Source: Candidatus Heimdallarchaeota archaeon B3_Heim
Lineage (GTDB): Archaea > Asgardarchaeota > Heimdallarchaeia > Hodarchaeales > Hodarchaeaceae
DNA: 32,000 bases
NCBI GenBank assembly: GCA_003144275.1
Contig: NJBF01000025.1
Span: forward strand, 1-32,000
Direction of reading: 5' to 3'
Made by a program: the position numbers and the translations under genes. The notes beneath the pieces were generated by a model. It was not told where the DNA came from. It ran no database searches and saw nothing but the letters and a program-made list of their open reading frames with translations. This document shows, piece by piece, positions 7,101 to 19,000 of this stretch (within the stretch, counting starts at the first letter, position 1; every line of letters begins with the position of its first letter).

Positions 7101-9411
7101 AACCCTCTGTTACAACCCAATCATCACCAAAAGGTGTTTCAAATGACGGATTTTGTATAAATGAAGTCAAAGGCGGAAGAGAGTTCACGTAGACCCAAAC
7201 TTCATCAGATACATGGTTATTTTCGTCATCAGTAAGGGTTATTGTAAAATTATAGCTCCCAGTAGAAAGACCAGTTATATCTAATATGATAGGTGTTCCA
7301 GAAGCCCAAACTCCATTATCAATGTTGGAACTATTTCGAAATATCGAATAGGTATTTGGATTGTTATCAGACACTATCCAGGTCAGATTTTTGTCAATGG
7401 CTGCAAAATTATAACTTAAATCGTCAGGTGTTTGGGTGAAAACTGGTTCAGGGTCAGGAGGAGTAGCGTGAGAATAAGGATAAAGTAAATCAACATTATC
7501 AGCGTAAAATGATCCTGGACTATAATTTGAGAAGTGATACACTATCGATATTTTAACAATGGAGTAATCTTCAGGAGTTTTTTCTGGAAATCCCGAACTA
7601 AAATCATTAAATATATCACGGAAGAGAAGATTCCACTGATTCGCATTCCAAGTGGAGGAAACATTAATATTGTACGGCCCCTCCAGTAAATTTCCTGCCC
7701 AGAAGTATTTGATTGCGAATGCATCACTCCCATTACTATTTGAAAACCTTATATTGATTGCATCATATGGCCATGTACTTCCAGTATTTCCCACAAAAGT
7801 AGGGTAAATGTACGCCCATAAATAAGTGTTTGGTACAACAGGGTAATAATCCAGTTGAAATTCTTGATTTAATCTCCTGTAGTATGGAGAGGCTAACTCT
7901 TCCTCCATAAATAAACTCTTATTTCCATCTAAGACTAAATTTTGGGGAGTGCTAATTACCTGTGGTGTTTGATCCCCTGTTTCTACGTCCCAATTTAATA
8001 GACCATCTTCAAAACCAGGATTTTTAATTAATGACCTATAAAGTCCAATATTATCGATATAAAACCATCCTGGTTGATTGTTCGAATAATGGGTTACAAA
8101 TTCTACATGGTATAGTTCATAATTATAGAACGCTTCTTCCATTCCAAATAATTCCATAAAATCTGACCGTAAATTTCTGTAAAGAAGATTCCATTCTTGG
8201 GCTTTCCAATTGGGGTATAAATCATGAAGAATAATAAATCCTGTATAGGTTGTATTTGCTCGAATGCCGAATGAACCTGCCCATGTATAATGGACTGATT
8301 TAGTGATTGTGCCGTTAGTAAACAGAACATTTAATCCAGCATAATTCCATTGTCCTGCTAAGTACCCCACTTTTTCAGGGTAAATCCATGTGTTCAGATA
8401 AATTGATTCAGTTAAAGATAAGTTAGACAATGGTTGTTGACTAATAAAACTATTGTAAGGATGGGGATCACTAGTTGTGGCCCTATCTACAAAGCAAGTA
8501 TATCCCGAGCCAGTAGTATGAGAACTTGATACCTGAGCTTTGTAGCTATCCCATCCATCTAGATTTCCTTCATCAAATAAGCCGTTTTCTAAGCAATTTG
8601 TATCTACAGGAGCGGGTAGGCTTGTAATAGAAAACGAATCAACATAAAATGGTGGAGGAGAGGCTGTTGAATAGTGATTTCGAATTCGAATTAAAGAAAG
8701 ATAATAATCATGAGGATCTGGGAACAAGGGACTTGCCGTAAAATCAGCTGTTAAATTTCGGTAAAGGTTATTCCAGGAATTCGCGGCCCAATCTTGCGGA
8801 AAGGAATAATGAGTGTAAGATGTCGTATTAGTCCTTCCAGTAAAATACCCAGCCCATCGATAATCGAGATATTTCATTTCACCAGAGCTAGATGATTTAA
8901 AACCAACCCTAATAAACGCTCCAGCCCATTCAGTTCCATACTGGCCAACACCGGTTGGATAAATCCATGTGTTTATGATTGGAGAGCAAGAAAGAGGTAC
9001 ACCAGATTTGAGGACTTGTTCAAGTTCATTATTACCAGCAAAGGGAGCATTAGGGACATATAACGAGAAGCTTCCTTCTTTTATGATTGATGAGGATCTG
9101 GACATAGAGCCTTCAATTAACTGCCAATCTTGGTCTAACGGCAATTCAAAGGAAGGGTTGCCTAAAATAGAAGATATCCCTTCATCATTGGGATTAATAG
9201 ACAATTTTGCAGGTTCTGGATCCACTGGATTACTTCTTAATCCATTCAATAGATTTTCTTTTTCATGACTTAAAGTAAAAGCACCATAATCCTCGGACAT
9301 CAGGTTAAAACTATTAATTAGAAGAATGCATATTACAATCAGAAAAAAAAATTTCCTTGCATTTTTAATTTTTATTCCTTGAACTTTACTTTTGTTTTTC
9401 AACAAACCCAC
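4144..9411 (-). CDS. Large cell-surface glycoprotein: six NxxFE-initiated carbohydrate-binding-module-like jelly-roll domains, about six Ig-like repeats, Thr/Ser linker, C-terminal TM anchor with basic tail
   Basis: Repeats starting NPSFE/NGLFD/NPGFE/NPSFE/NGNFE/NGGFE and ending (FY)xDx-type strands. Ig repeats W...D.NP..Y.I..N......W.SG..I...DGL.IG.YN.TI. C-terminus TTSSGTTTTQSTT-like linker then SPIPELMVLLAIFIIGLKRKK. Confidence 0.85.
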   Translation of the reverse strand: MGLLKNKSKVQGIKIKNARKFFFLIVICILLINSFNLMSEDYGAFTLSHEKENLLNGLRSNPVDPEPAKLSINPNDEGISSILGNPSFELPLDQDWQLIEGSMSRSSSIIKEGSFSLYVPNAPFAGNNELEQVLKSGVPLSCSPIINTWIYPTGVGQYGTEWAGAFIRVGFKSSSSGEMKYLDYRWAGYFTGRTNTTSYTHYSFPQDWAANSWNNLYRNLTADFTASPLFPDPHDYYLSLIRIRNHYSTASPPPFYVDSFSITSLPAPVDTNCLENGLFDEGNLDGWDSYKAQVSSSHTTGSGYTCFVDRATTSDPHPYNSFISQQPLSNLSLTESIYLNTWIYPEKVGYLAGQWNYAGLNVLFTNGTITKSVHYTWAGSFGIRANTTYTGFIILHDLYPNWKAQEWNLLYRNLRSDFMELFGMEEAFYNYELYHVEFVTHYSNNQPGWFYIDNIGLYRSLIKNPGFEDGLLNWDVETGDQTPQVISTPQNLVLDGNKSLFMEEELASPYYRRLNQEFQLDYYPVVPNTYLWAYIYPTFVGNTGSTWPYDAINIRFSNSNGSDAFAIKYFWAGNLLEGPYNINVSSTWNANQWNLLFRDIFNDFSSGFPEKTPEDYSIVKISIVYHFSNYSPGSFYADNVDLLYPYSHATPPDPEPVFTQTPDDLSYNFAAIDKNLTWIVSDNNPNTYSIFRNSSNIDNGVWASGTPIILDITGLSTGSYNFTITLTDDENNHVSDEVWVYVNSLPPLTSFIQNPSFETPFGDDWVVTEGSVIQSNTLVQDGTYSAYFATTTWPTVPDRTLIQNLTTDVSIVDSPLLSSWIYSTGLGWYGTEWAGAFIRIQLKSFNETAPSVHIVYKWAGYFPGWPGSNTSTYTYYLFDTKWTVNSWNHLYRNLLIDFIANGEFPDPQGYYIDSVTIRNHYSTQSPPAFYVDNFTISLLSPFPTITNSPQDLVYDENTIGHELKWTVVDNDTANFTIYRNDAKIANDSWLSGIPVIISVDGLAIGVYNFTIILLDQQGNLARDEVFVSVQAGEPVLLEFPDNFTYELGSTGNILNWTAVDTNPATYDIYQNNSIIKSNSWLSDVAVLIDVDGLTIGTYNFTIIFRDTLLNVVSSEVWVTVEDITPPVFLHGTDEALINGNFEYGDLTAWTTGTGTDRASIQTNPFYVHSGSYGLALITYNMDTWVYSDAWIEQNVLRQILVDELTNITFWGKFYSNHIIRVTVTYSDLTTSVHDFPDFHSTWYKYTVSDLILGKLIDTVRFERIGGGNTASTTAIDDISLNYGFSSTNITYLSGSSGNIISWIATDHAPDSYVIYQDGTELISGMWEDLNQNVLNIDGLTIGTYWYTIELNDTSSNLAILEFIVTVTSDDKPVIASSPSDFTYELGETGITISWIIYASSPDYYALRRNQVLIATNIWVSGESLIINIDNLDIGTYNYTISFFNEYGQSTSDTVFIDVVDTQAPHVSPVYTVLENGGFEMGDLSGWTTGTGTDRASIQTNPFYVYSGNFGVALITYDQNSQIYSDAWIEQTLNEVILVDEYTSLTFWARLYSQHQIQVTVYYSDSSFSVHLIEDVYHSWHYYLINSMTLGQQITKIRIERIGGGNMVDTTAIDQIQLLVRVSNDEIQLPYGSSVDIGWVVFDYDPETYSIFLNNEIIETGTWTNGIIYANFDSLAVGSYNLGVEFQDGSGNSVYYTISILIQYVSETTIPSTTSFSSDTSSGTTTTQSTTSPIPELMVLLAIFIIGLKRKKTKFM
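4891..4956. repeat. Copy 1 of a 66-bp near-identical intragenic repeat (copy 2 at 5902-5967)
   Basis: 62/66 identity by manual comparison; encodes WTTGTGTDRASIQTNPFYV(Y/H)SG in two CBM-like domains. Confidence 0.9.
5902..5967. repeat. Copy 2 of the 66-bp intragenic repeat
   Basis: gccagaatgtacatagaagggattagtttgaatgctagctctatcagttcctgtgccagttgtcca versus 4891-4956. Confidence 0.9.
6905..6928. repeat. 24-bp exact intragenic repeat (second copy at 8918-8941)
   Basis: gctccagcccattcagttccatac occurs at both sites; part of the YGTEWAGAFIR motif in CBM-like domains 1 and 4. Confidence 0.85.
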
Positions 9412-9582
9412 CTCAAATTAGAATATTTAATTGTTTTAATAATCAATTTTCTTAGAATTATAATTGTTGATCGTGAGTTGAGACATTTAATATGTTTTAC
9501 TACTAACACCATTCTTGGTTCTCTTCCATATTAAAGAGGAGTTCCCATTAAGCAAAATCATGTCTTCCGTTGTCAATTAAAT

Positions 9583-9915
9583 TTATCTTGGTGACAATAT
9601 CCGATCTTGAATTATTGGAAAGGCATCAGATCCAGATACCCTGCAATTTTTAGTGAGAAAATCAAGATTCTTTCTTGGTTCCACCCCCAATGCCAATATA
9701 GACTCTAGAAATTTTTGAAATATGTCAAACATCCAACCACTAGTAAAATTCTTATCTCCTGATGCTAATTGCTCTAAAATACCTACTCTTTTGTGAACTA
9801 ATCCACCAAAATGACTCTTATTCTTGCGGATAAATTCTCTAGTCCGCAGAGATAAGGGAATGTATATTAAGTTTAATTCAATTAAATGCCCTAAGACGGA
9901 AATACCGTTGAGCAT
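9583..9915 (-). CDS. Small hypothetical protein (110 aa) between the two giant genes
   Basis: The ORF track begins at TTG 9927, but GGGTGA (9920-9925, minus strand) is a well-spaced SD before ATG 9915 (MLNGISV...). No recognisable domain. Confidence 0.45.
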   Translation of the reverse strand: MLNGISVLGHLIELNLIYIPLSLRTREFIRKNKSHFGGLVHKRVGILEQLASGDKNFTSGWMFDIFQKFLESILALGVEPRKNLDFLTKNCRVSGSDAFPIIQDRILSPR

Positions 9916-10038
9916 AAATTCACCCAAATTCTGAACAAGTACTTGTCTAGATGAAAATAACTATATTAGCGAACGTCATCGAGCTCATTTTGGGAAATTC
10001 TTGATTCATGTGATTCAAGGCTGTAGGAGAAACAATTT

Positions 10039-13000
10039 ATGAGATATAATACAACTCACCTGAGAAATTTTGCCTTATTAATAATTCTATTGTTGAATAT
10101 TTTTGCTCTTATGATCAATTTTAGTAGTGTACAAGGCGAGGAGACCGAAGGTTTCACAGCTGACATATTACGAGGATTGGGAGTTTCATTAGATGACGAA
10201 GATAATCAAGTATCACCTGTTCCGCGATTAACATCGGAATCTCTTTCTAATTTTCCTGATCGGAACCAACTGAATACTCTTCCAATCACAACATCGAAAA
10301 TTGTAAACAGTTTTTCTCTTCCCTCGTGGGGAGGTTTAGGATTCGGATTTAGAAAAAATATTACTGTTGATTCTTCTCAAGTCGCAACAGATTTGACTAA
10401 CTATTCCCTTCTAATTGACATGGGCGATGCATTTGATATATTTGGAGTCACACAATCATCGGGTAACGATATTATCTTTACAGATTCTTCAGGAACGATC
10501 TTAGATCACGAACTTGAACTATTTGATGCAGAAACATCACATTTAGTTGCGTGGATACGAATACCAAACCTTTCGAGTAGTAGCGATACTCAAGTATCTA
10601 TGTATTATGGAAATGAAACCATCATTAGCCAACAGAATCCATCAGGTGTGTGGGATAATGGCTACATGGCTGTTTATCACCTAAACGATGACCCAGCTTC
10701 CACGATCTATGACAGTACTTCTAATAATAATGATGGTTCATCATTTGGGACAGTTACTCAGGAAGAGGGGCCCATGGGGAATGCCTATTATTTTGATCAG
10801 GATGGTGGAATTGATGATTATCTCAGAATCCCACAAAGCTCAAGTCTCAATCTCACTGGAAATCAAATGACATTGGAGGGATGGGTATATCTGCAATTTA
10901 CACCTGTTCCATATGATTCAATGATCTTTGACAAGGCAGGTGATTTCTATAATACTGATGGTTGGATGATGGGAGTTGATGGGGACTATATTGCGGGTGG
11001 GGTTGGCTACCCAACACAAATGAATCAACGAATTAATACTCAGAACAATCAAGCAGTCCGAGTAGATAATGGTGCTATCTATCCTGGAAGATGGACCTAT
11101 CTTTCAGTAATTTATGACGGTACAACATCATCTTATACTGGTTATATTGATGCATCAAACGTTTATACCAATTCAGGGGTAAGTGGTGATATAAGAAATG
11201 TGAATATGGATCTCTTTATTGGAAAAAGAGATGAGGCTGCAAATCGCGTATTCCATGGAAGCATGGATGAACTCAGAATTTCCGATGTAGCACGATCGAC
11301 AGGTTATATAACCACTTGTTATAATAATTATAATGATCCAGAGGAATTTTACAGTATTTCATCCCAAGAACCTGGAATATCTAATTATGAAAAACAAAGA
11401 ACGATTATCATTGATTCTTCCATAGTTTCAGGAAGCAGTGATTTAAGTAACTTTCCCCTTTTACTTGACTTATACCTTGAAAATGCACCCCCTAATATCA
11501 TATTTACGGATGGTAATTCAGGTCAATTATTGGAACACGAAATTGAATTATTTGATGCTAATTATAATTCTAGTCATGATCACCTTGTTGTGTGGATGAA
11601 AATTCCCACTCTCTCAAGTAGTTTTGATTCAGAAATCATCATGTATACAGATTCTATACTTCCACAAGTCTATTCAAATCCAGATGTATGGACTGATTAT
11701 ACTGGAGTCTGGCATTTAGGAGAGACTGAATTTAATGATGAAGACTCAAATAATAATGCACATGAAGATTCAACAAACCAGAATAATGATGGTGATCAAC
11801 ATGGGAATTATAAGAATCAAAGCATCATTGGGTATGGACAAGATTTCGATGGAATAAACGATTATATCGATATTGGGGATCCTGATTCATTAGAACTCGT
11901 TGGAGATTCATATTTTACATTTACTGGATGGTTTTATCGTGAATCTACAACCACGGATGATTATATTATTGATAAATGGGATTCCGTTCACGGGGGTTCG
12001 GAAGGAACAGGGTATTATCTCTGGATCGATCAATCTGATGGAAAATTGAAGTTTCAGTCAAACGATGATGATGACGATGGTTTTATTCTTCAATCTACTT
12101 CTAATTTCAATACTTTGCCTATTGGTTGGTATCATTATGCTATTACCTTTCATACTTCTCCTGCTGTAGAGACTACGCCAAATGTAATGCAAATGTACAT
12201 TAATGGGGTGAATGACAATGCTGTTGCCAGTTTATGGGGAATAGGAGCTCCAGGGTGGACAGGTTATGATGATTTTAATCCCCTTACTAATACTGAAACT
12301 TTCCAAATATCTAACACCAATAGTCCTTTTGATGGATTCTTAGATGAAATACGAATTACAGAGCAAATACTAACGGAAGATTGGATACGAACTGAGGTAA
12401 GAAACCAGAATAATCTGTCAGCTTACCTTACGGTTGGACCCGAAATTGAAAGTCAGAAACTATGGCATGATGCTGCATTCAATAGACGGAAAGACTTGAA
12501 AATAGATTCCGCAGGGTTTGTAGGCACTAGTAATGAACAGAATATTATTCTTCGACCTGGAGCCCGAGGAACTGATTATAATCAGTGGGGAGTGGTTGGT
12601 GCCCCTTATCAGCATGAAGCTGTAGATGAAGTCATTACCGATGATTGGACTACTTATATTACTCTTAGCACTAATAGTTCAACTCCTTACGGAGAAATGT
12701 TTTATGCAGTTGGATTACCTGCAACCACTCCAAGTGGTACCATTACCAGTGTACGGGTTTATAGCAATGCTCGTACGTCTGGTACAGTAACTTCTTATGG
12801 TTTTCAACATTGGCTAAGGGCCTCTGGAAATACTGACACCATTGGAGGACGTTCTCTTAGTGGCTCCTTCATCGTGGATTATGATGAAGCCACAACAAAT
12901 CCTTTCACTCTTCAACCATGGCAATGGGAGGATTTGGAGGATTTAGAATTCGGAGTATGGGGATATGTAAGAGAAGGAGCAAGTCAAGGATATCTTCGTG

Positions 13001-16000
13001 TTACTCAAGTGTGGGTTGTTGTCACTTTTGAACCTGATTCTTCTTACTTGAAAAATATCCCCATTACTGTAGACATTTATGATTCTGATCTTAAAACGGA
13101 TGTACAGGCGGATGGCGATGATATTCGCTTCTATGATGAATATGGTAGAAAGTTAGCTCATGAAATTACGGAATTTGAGCAAAATTACAATTCAAGTCAC
13201 GCTCGTCTAACTGCATGGGTTGAAATTCCCACTCTCTCAACGGGAGGGGATTCTTACATTTCTATGTATTACGGGAACACATCACTAGGAAACCAAGAAC
13301 AAATAGAAGAAACATGGGAGGAATATCTTGCTGTATATCACTTAGAAGAGACCCCCCCTAGTCTTTTGAGAGATAGTACTGCAAGTAATCTAGATCTTAC
13401 ATCATTAGGATCTATGACTTCAGATGATCGTGTTACCGGTCAAGTCGGCTATTCAATTGATTTTGATGGAAGTAATGATCAACTTTATACTACTCAGGCT
13501 GTAACTCTGGGTAGTTTTACTTTATCTTCATGGATTAACTTTGATTCAGGTGCTGGCTGGAATACGATTTTAAATTTCGATCGTGGTACCATTGATTGGC
13601 GCCAATTTTCTATTAATGATTGGAATCCTCGTTTCGATGGTGCTGGTTATTCCTATGCCTTTGGAGGGCCTTATAGTACTTTTACTTGGTATTACGTTGT
13701 TTTTACGTATGATGCTAATTCTACTGAATTCAAAGTGTATGTCGATGGTGCCCAATCTGGCTCAACTAGATATCTATCAATAGATACTATTACTGATGAT
13801 TTTCAACTAGGTGCATGGGGAACAACTGATTGGTGGAATGGAAAGCTAGATGAAGTGAGAATTGCTGCAGATACAAGGTCTCTAGCGTGGATTAAAGCAG
13901 AATACGCTAATCAATATGACCCCAATACATTCATATCCATTGGTCAGGAAATCGAATTAGCTCCTCCTATTATCAATTCATTTGGAGTCGACGATCCAGG
14001 TAATGGAAATCCAACTCTTTGGGCTAATGTTACAGATCATGATACTTCTGTTGCATCTGTCTCACTTAGAGTGAATACTTCCGACGTTATAATGACCAAA
14101 AATGCTACAGGGATTTGGACTTATCCGCTTCCTTCAGTTGTTTATGGTGATTATTATACTTATCAGATAACGAATGCTTCAGATATAAATGGAAATTATT
14201 TGAAATCGTCATCCACTATCCAAAATAATACGTTTGATTATGATTCTGTTGTTCCTACGATTGAAGATGCACCAAAATATTATCAAGGTGTCGGTGGTAC
14301 TTGGGATTATCAAAATAATACTTTTAAGGCAAACATTAGTGATTCTTGGGGTGAAATTCACACAGTATTACTTGAAGTTACCACATATTCTCTCAGTGCG
14401 GTTATGGTAGAATATAGTGACTTTGGTAACATCCTTGGATTTATCAATAATTCTCTTGATTTACCCAATGGAGGAATGAACTTTCGGATAATTGTAAATG
14501 ACTCTGGTGGGAATGAAATTATTTCCTCATTAGATTCGGCTTCAGTGTTTTATAATCATCCTCCAATAGCTTCTAACCTTATGATAAATACAGCTCCTTA
14601 TTATAGTAATAATTCCTTAATTCTCGTGTATACTTACTGGGACGAGGATTCACATCTCGAAGATGGGACAGAGATACACTGGTATCGAAATGAGATATTA
14701 CAAGGCTATCCAAATGAAGTTCCGAGTACTGCTCTGGTAAGGGGAGAGACTTGGTGGGTGTCTGTTAGACCTCATGATGGGATTGAATTTGGTGATATAA
14801 TCTATTCATCCAATATAACGATTGAGAATACGGTTCCTCTTGTTCAAAATATCGAATTAGAAGTTGTTTCCGATATTGAAAAAGGACAATCATTAGAATT
14901 ATCATATACATGGATAGATGCTGATTCAGGAGATATTGATCACTCACTTGTTCAGTGGTACAGAAATATTAGTTCTGGTTATGTATTAATGGATGCTTTT
15001 ACAAATAAAACACAAGTACCCTCTAACGCTACTCAAAGGGGTGAGAAATGGAAAGTCAATGTAACCGCTAGCGATAATTTTGGAATTGGTAATTCCATAT
15101 TATCAATAGAAACTATTATTCCAAACACTGTCCCTTATTTAGAGGTAACCATTAACAATAATACTGTTCCTGCAACTGTGAATGTTGATCAGGACCTTAT
15201 TGCTAATTATACCTATTTTGATGCTGATAATGATTCAATTGTTATAGTAGAGATTCAATGGTATAAATATAATTGGTCAGATTATACGTGGAGTGCTAAT
15301 TTTTCCAATACATTGATTATTCAAAGCGGAAATACATCTGATGTGCCACCTGAAGATGGTTGGCGTGTTGAAATACGAATTAGTGATGGATTAAATTATA
15401 GTAGTTGGTACTCGTCCCCCACGATTAGAATTGGAGCTCCTCCAAACAATCCTCCCAGTGTAGTTAATTTGAATCTTGATTCCAGTTTACATATTGCTGG
15501 TGGCTTTTTATATGTCAACTACACATTTATAGATGAGAACGGAGATAATGAATCCGATTCACAGTTTAGATGGTACCGCAACGGAGTTCATCAATTGAAT
15601 CTAATATCCCGTAACCTTACTACTGCTACACTAGTTAAGGGGGACTCATGGTATGCAGAGGTTAGATCAAAAGATGGTTCCGACTGGGGAGAATGGAATC
15701 AAAGTTCTGTAATCATTATTGGTAATACTGCTCCTAAGGTTGAATTCGGCGAGATTATATCATCTGACACACCTGCTTACACAACAAGCACCTTAACTGC
15801 AAACTTTGGAAGTACAGATGTTGATAATAATCCAGTGAGTGATTTTATTATCATTTGGAAAATAGGGGGTAAATTAGGGACAGAAGTTCCTAACCTAGAG
15901 AATAAAACTATAGTCACAGCAAATTATACTTCAAAAGGCGAATGGTGGTCATATGGAATTAGTGTTTTTGATGGAAATGAATGGTCTCCTTTCGTATATC

Positions 16001-19000
16001 CAGAAGATTTTGGAGAAACCCCACTGATAATTGCTAATACAAAACCTTCTATAGTAAACGTGATTCTAACTGGCGGTAGAAATACCTCAGATCCTATTTA
16101 TCTCACCTATAGTTTTTTTGATTCTGATAACGATTCTGAAGGCTTACCGTTGATTCAATGGTTCAAACCAGGACTAATAAATGATCCAGATGCAAATAAT
16201 AATGAAACTCTTGGTACAGAGTTTTTTATTGCTGGAAATACTATTACTTTACAGATTAAAGCATTCGATGGGGAGGAGTATAGTGATTGGACACTTTCAA
16301 ACCTTTTCCCAAGCGGTTATGTTATAATCGGAAGTTCAACACCAACAATCGTAGGTGAACCCCTAATTGTAGGGCCAAATCAAAGCTTAAACTACAAAGC
16401 TGATTCACCCCTTATAGTGAATTATACTGCAAGTGATCCTGATCATGGTGAAAACACTGATTATGACATTGAATTAGATTCAGATGGTTACGTAATAGGT
16501 GCATTATATGAATGGTACAGGAATGATGTACTAGTTTCCGCGATTACAGGGCACACTGTCCCTGTTGATTACTTGAAAAAAGGAGATACTTGGTTGGTCA
16601 GAGTTAAACCAAGGGATAAAAGATCTACATATGGTACGTGGGAAAACTCCTCCACGATAACAATACAGAACGGTAATCCAGAGGTAACTGGGATTTGGTT
16701 TGAAACAACCTTAGTACCTACTGATATCGATATTCGTGTACAGTTTTCGTATTCAGATATTGATGGTGATTCAATCAATTTAGAAAATACTTCAATTCTC
16801 TGGTTCAAGAATGGAATCCTAATCTCAAGTGCAGTCAATCGGACGGTTTTGTCCAGTCAGCTGATTGGTGATGATTACTTTGTCGTTGTCTCTCTCAACA
16901 GTATCAACTACCAGAAAAATGACAATATTTCAGTTATTATAAATCCCTTTGATGGGACTGACTGGACGTTAGATAATGCTTCCACGATCACAATAAAAAT
17001 TCAGAATTCAATACCGACGGTATCTAATCCAAGTCTCTTAGCCCATAATCGAAATGGTACAATTATCTATACAACAGATAGAATAAATCTTACTTGGGTT
17101 TATTCTGATGTTGATGGTGACAATGAAAGCACACCCATTATTATTTGGGAGAGAAATGATGTTGCTCTACCTCTTTACGCTAACTCATTATTCATTCCAT
17201 CGACCGCCACGACAAAGGATGAAAAATGGGATGCAATTATTCGAGTGCATGATGGTACGAATTATAGCATTGAGTTATCAATAACTATTTTCATAACAAA
17301 CAGTATTCCTGTATTAGTAGACGTTGTCTTATGGAATAATAACGATCTATCAAATAATAGTTATTCCGATGGTAGTATCTCAATATCCTCCTATGATTTT
17401 ATCGATGCAGATTTTGATTCTGTTGACTCCAGCGCTAGTTTTATTCAATGGTATCTTAATGGTGTTTACGTTTCATTGTATGATAACCAAACAAGCATTT
17501 CAAGTAGTGAATTAATGAAAGGAGATTATTGGTACGCAGTGGTTCAAATTTTGGATTTAGGTGGAGTTATATGGTCAAATAATTATACTTCTCAGATTAT
17601 TTATGTTATTAACAAAGCTCCTGAAGTGACATCATTGATTTTAGTAGAGGAACCAGGTTATCTTATCGAAGATGAGAACATAACCATTGTTTTGACAATT
17701 ACTGACCCTGATTTCAATGATACAGATGCTTCTATTATAGAATGGATGATTAATGGAACCTTACAACCCCAATATACTAATCAACGAGAAATATCGTTTA
17801 TTGAGACAAATCCAGGTGATAACTGGACAATTATTATCACACCCTCAGATGGAATAGACAATGGAGCCATATTCACAAAATGGGTTATCATTGAAAGTCG
17901 GCCTCACATTCAAAATCTAACTGCAATAATTGAACAGGATCTTGATGGTCACTTTACATTCGGCTTGCAGGTGCTTGATGCCCGAAATCAAATCACTTCG
18001 GTAAAGTATGAGCTATTTCTCAATGGTACCGAGTCAGATATTGTCGATATTCTAAACTCTGCAAACACCACAGATTTTTGGATACTTGAATATTTTCTAT
18101 CAGATCCTGCTTATTATAACACAGAAGCAATGATAGAAATCAGGGCGACTTCTGATCTCGGTATTACCTCGATTAGAACTTTTTACTTCTCGATCATTGA
18201 TGGAGTAGCTCCTCGCGTATCAGGTGTAGGATTAGGAGCATGGTTTGTTAAGAATAGTAATGATCCAACTCAATTATCTTTCTTTGCTGATATTGAAGAG
18301 TACGGTGCAGGGGTAGCAAATGTTACTTTATATTATTACTATAAACAGGTGGATGGTGGAGAAGGATCATCAATGTTACAAGATTTCACCCCTGTTCTCA
18401 TGATTTTCAACGCGTCTGATGCTAACACCCTTACATATGCAGTAACAGTTCCCTATCCTCAAGATGACAAAGATTATGAGGTCTTGTATTGGGTCACAAC
18501 TCAAGACTTGGCTGGTAATAGCAATCCTGGAGCATTCGATATTAGAGATTATCCTGATCGAATAAATAACGAACGAATTATACAACCGACAGGAGGACTA
18601 CCTCCAGAGTTATTACTCCTTGCTGGCCTCGCAGTTTTCCTGATTTTTGTTGGTTCAGTCGTATACGTCCGTTTCATCCGAAAACCAGAAATAATTGGTT
18701 TAGATAAACCATTAGTAATGAAAGGGGTTCCCGATGTAGACGATGATGAAATCATTGAGAATATTGATAGACATACACTCGGAATTGTTGTCAGTTTCTT
18801 CGATCAGTTACATGGGCCTATTCCTATCATCGTCATTCCGGAGATGTTAAAAGATAATTATAGTAAATTAGTAGCACTTTCTGATCGCTCGTTCAGTGGT
18901 ACTGAGTTTAGTGATAATTTCGCAGGCGAGGAGTTTTCTTCATATGATTTTGGACTTGGCGAACAACTAAGGATAAGTGTCATTAGTTACGGATTTGCTT

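Noticed and set aside
4891-8941. Intragenic repeats as a CRISPR array or diversity-generating retroelement template/variable pair
   Set aside because: Only two copies each, in frame within protein domains, with no spacers, cas genes or reverse transcriptase. The four mismatches are not a one-directional adenine-specific pattern.
5933-9268. Small ORFs overlapping the 1755-aa gene (5933, 7542, 8103, 8969)
   Set aside because: Nested in a long, well-supported CDS with no independent coding signal.
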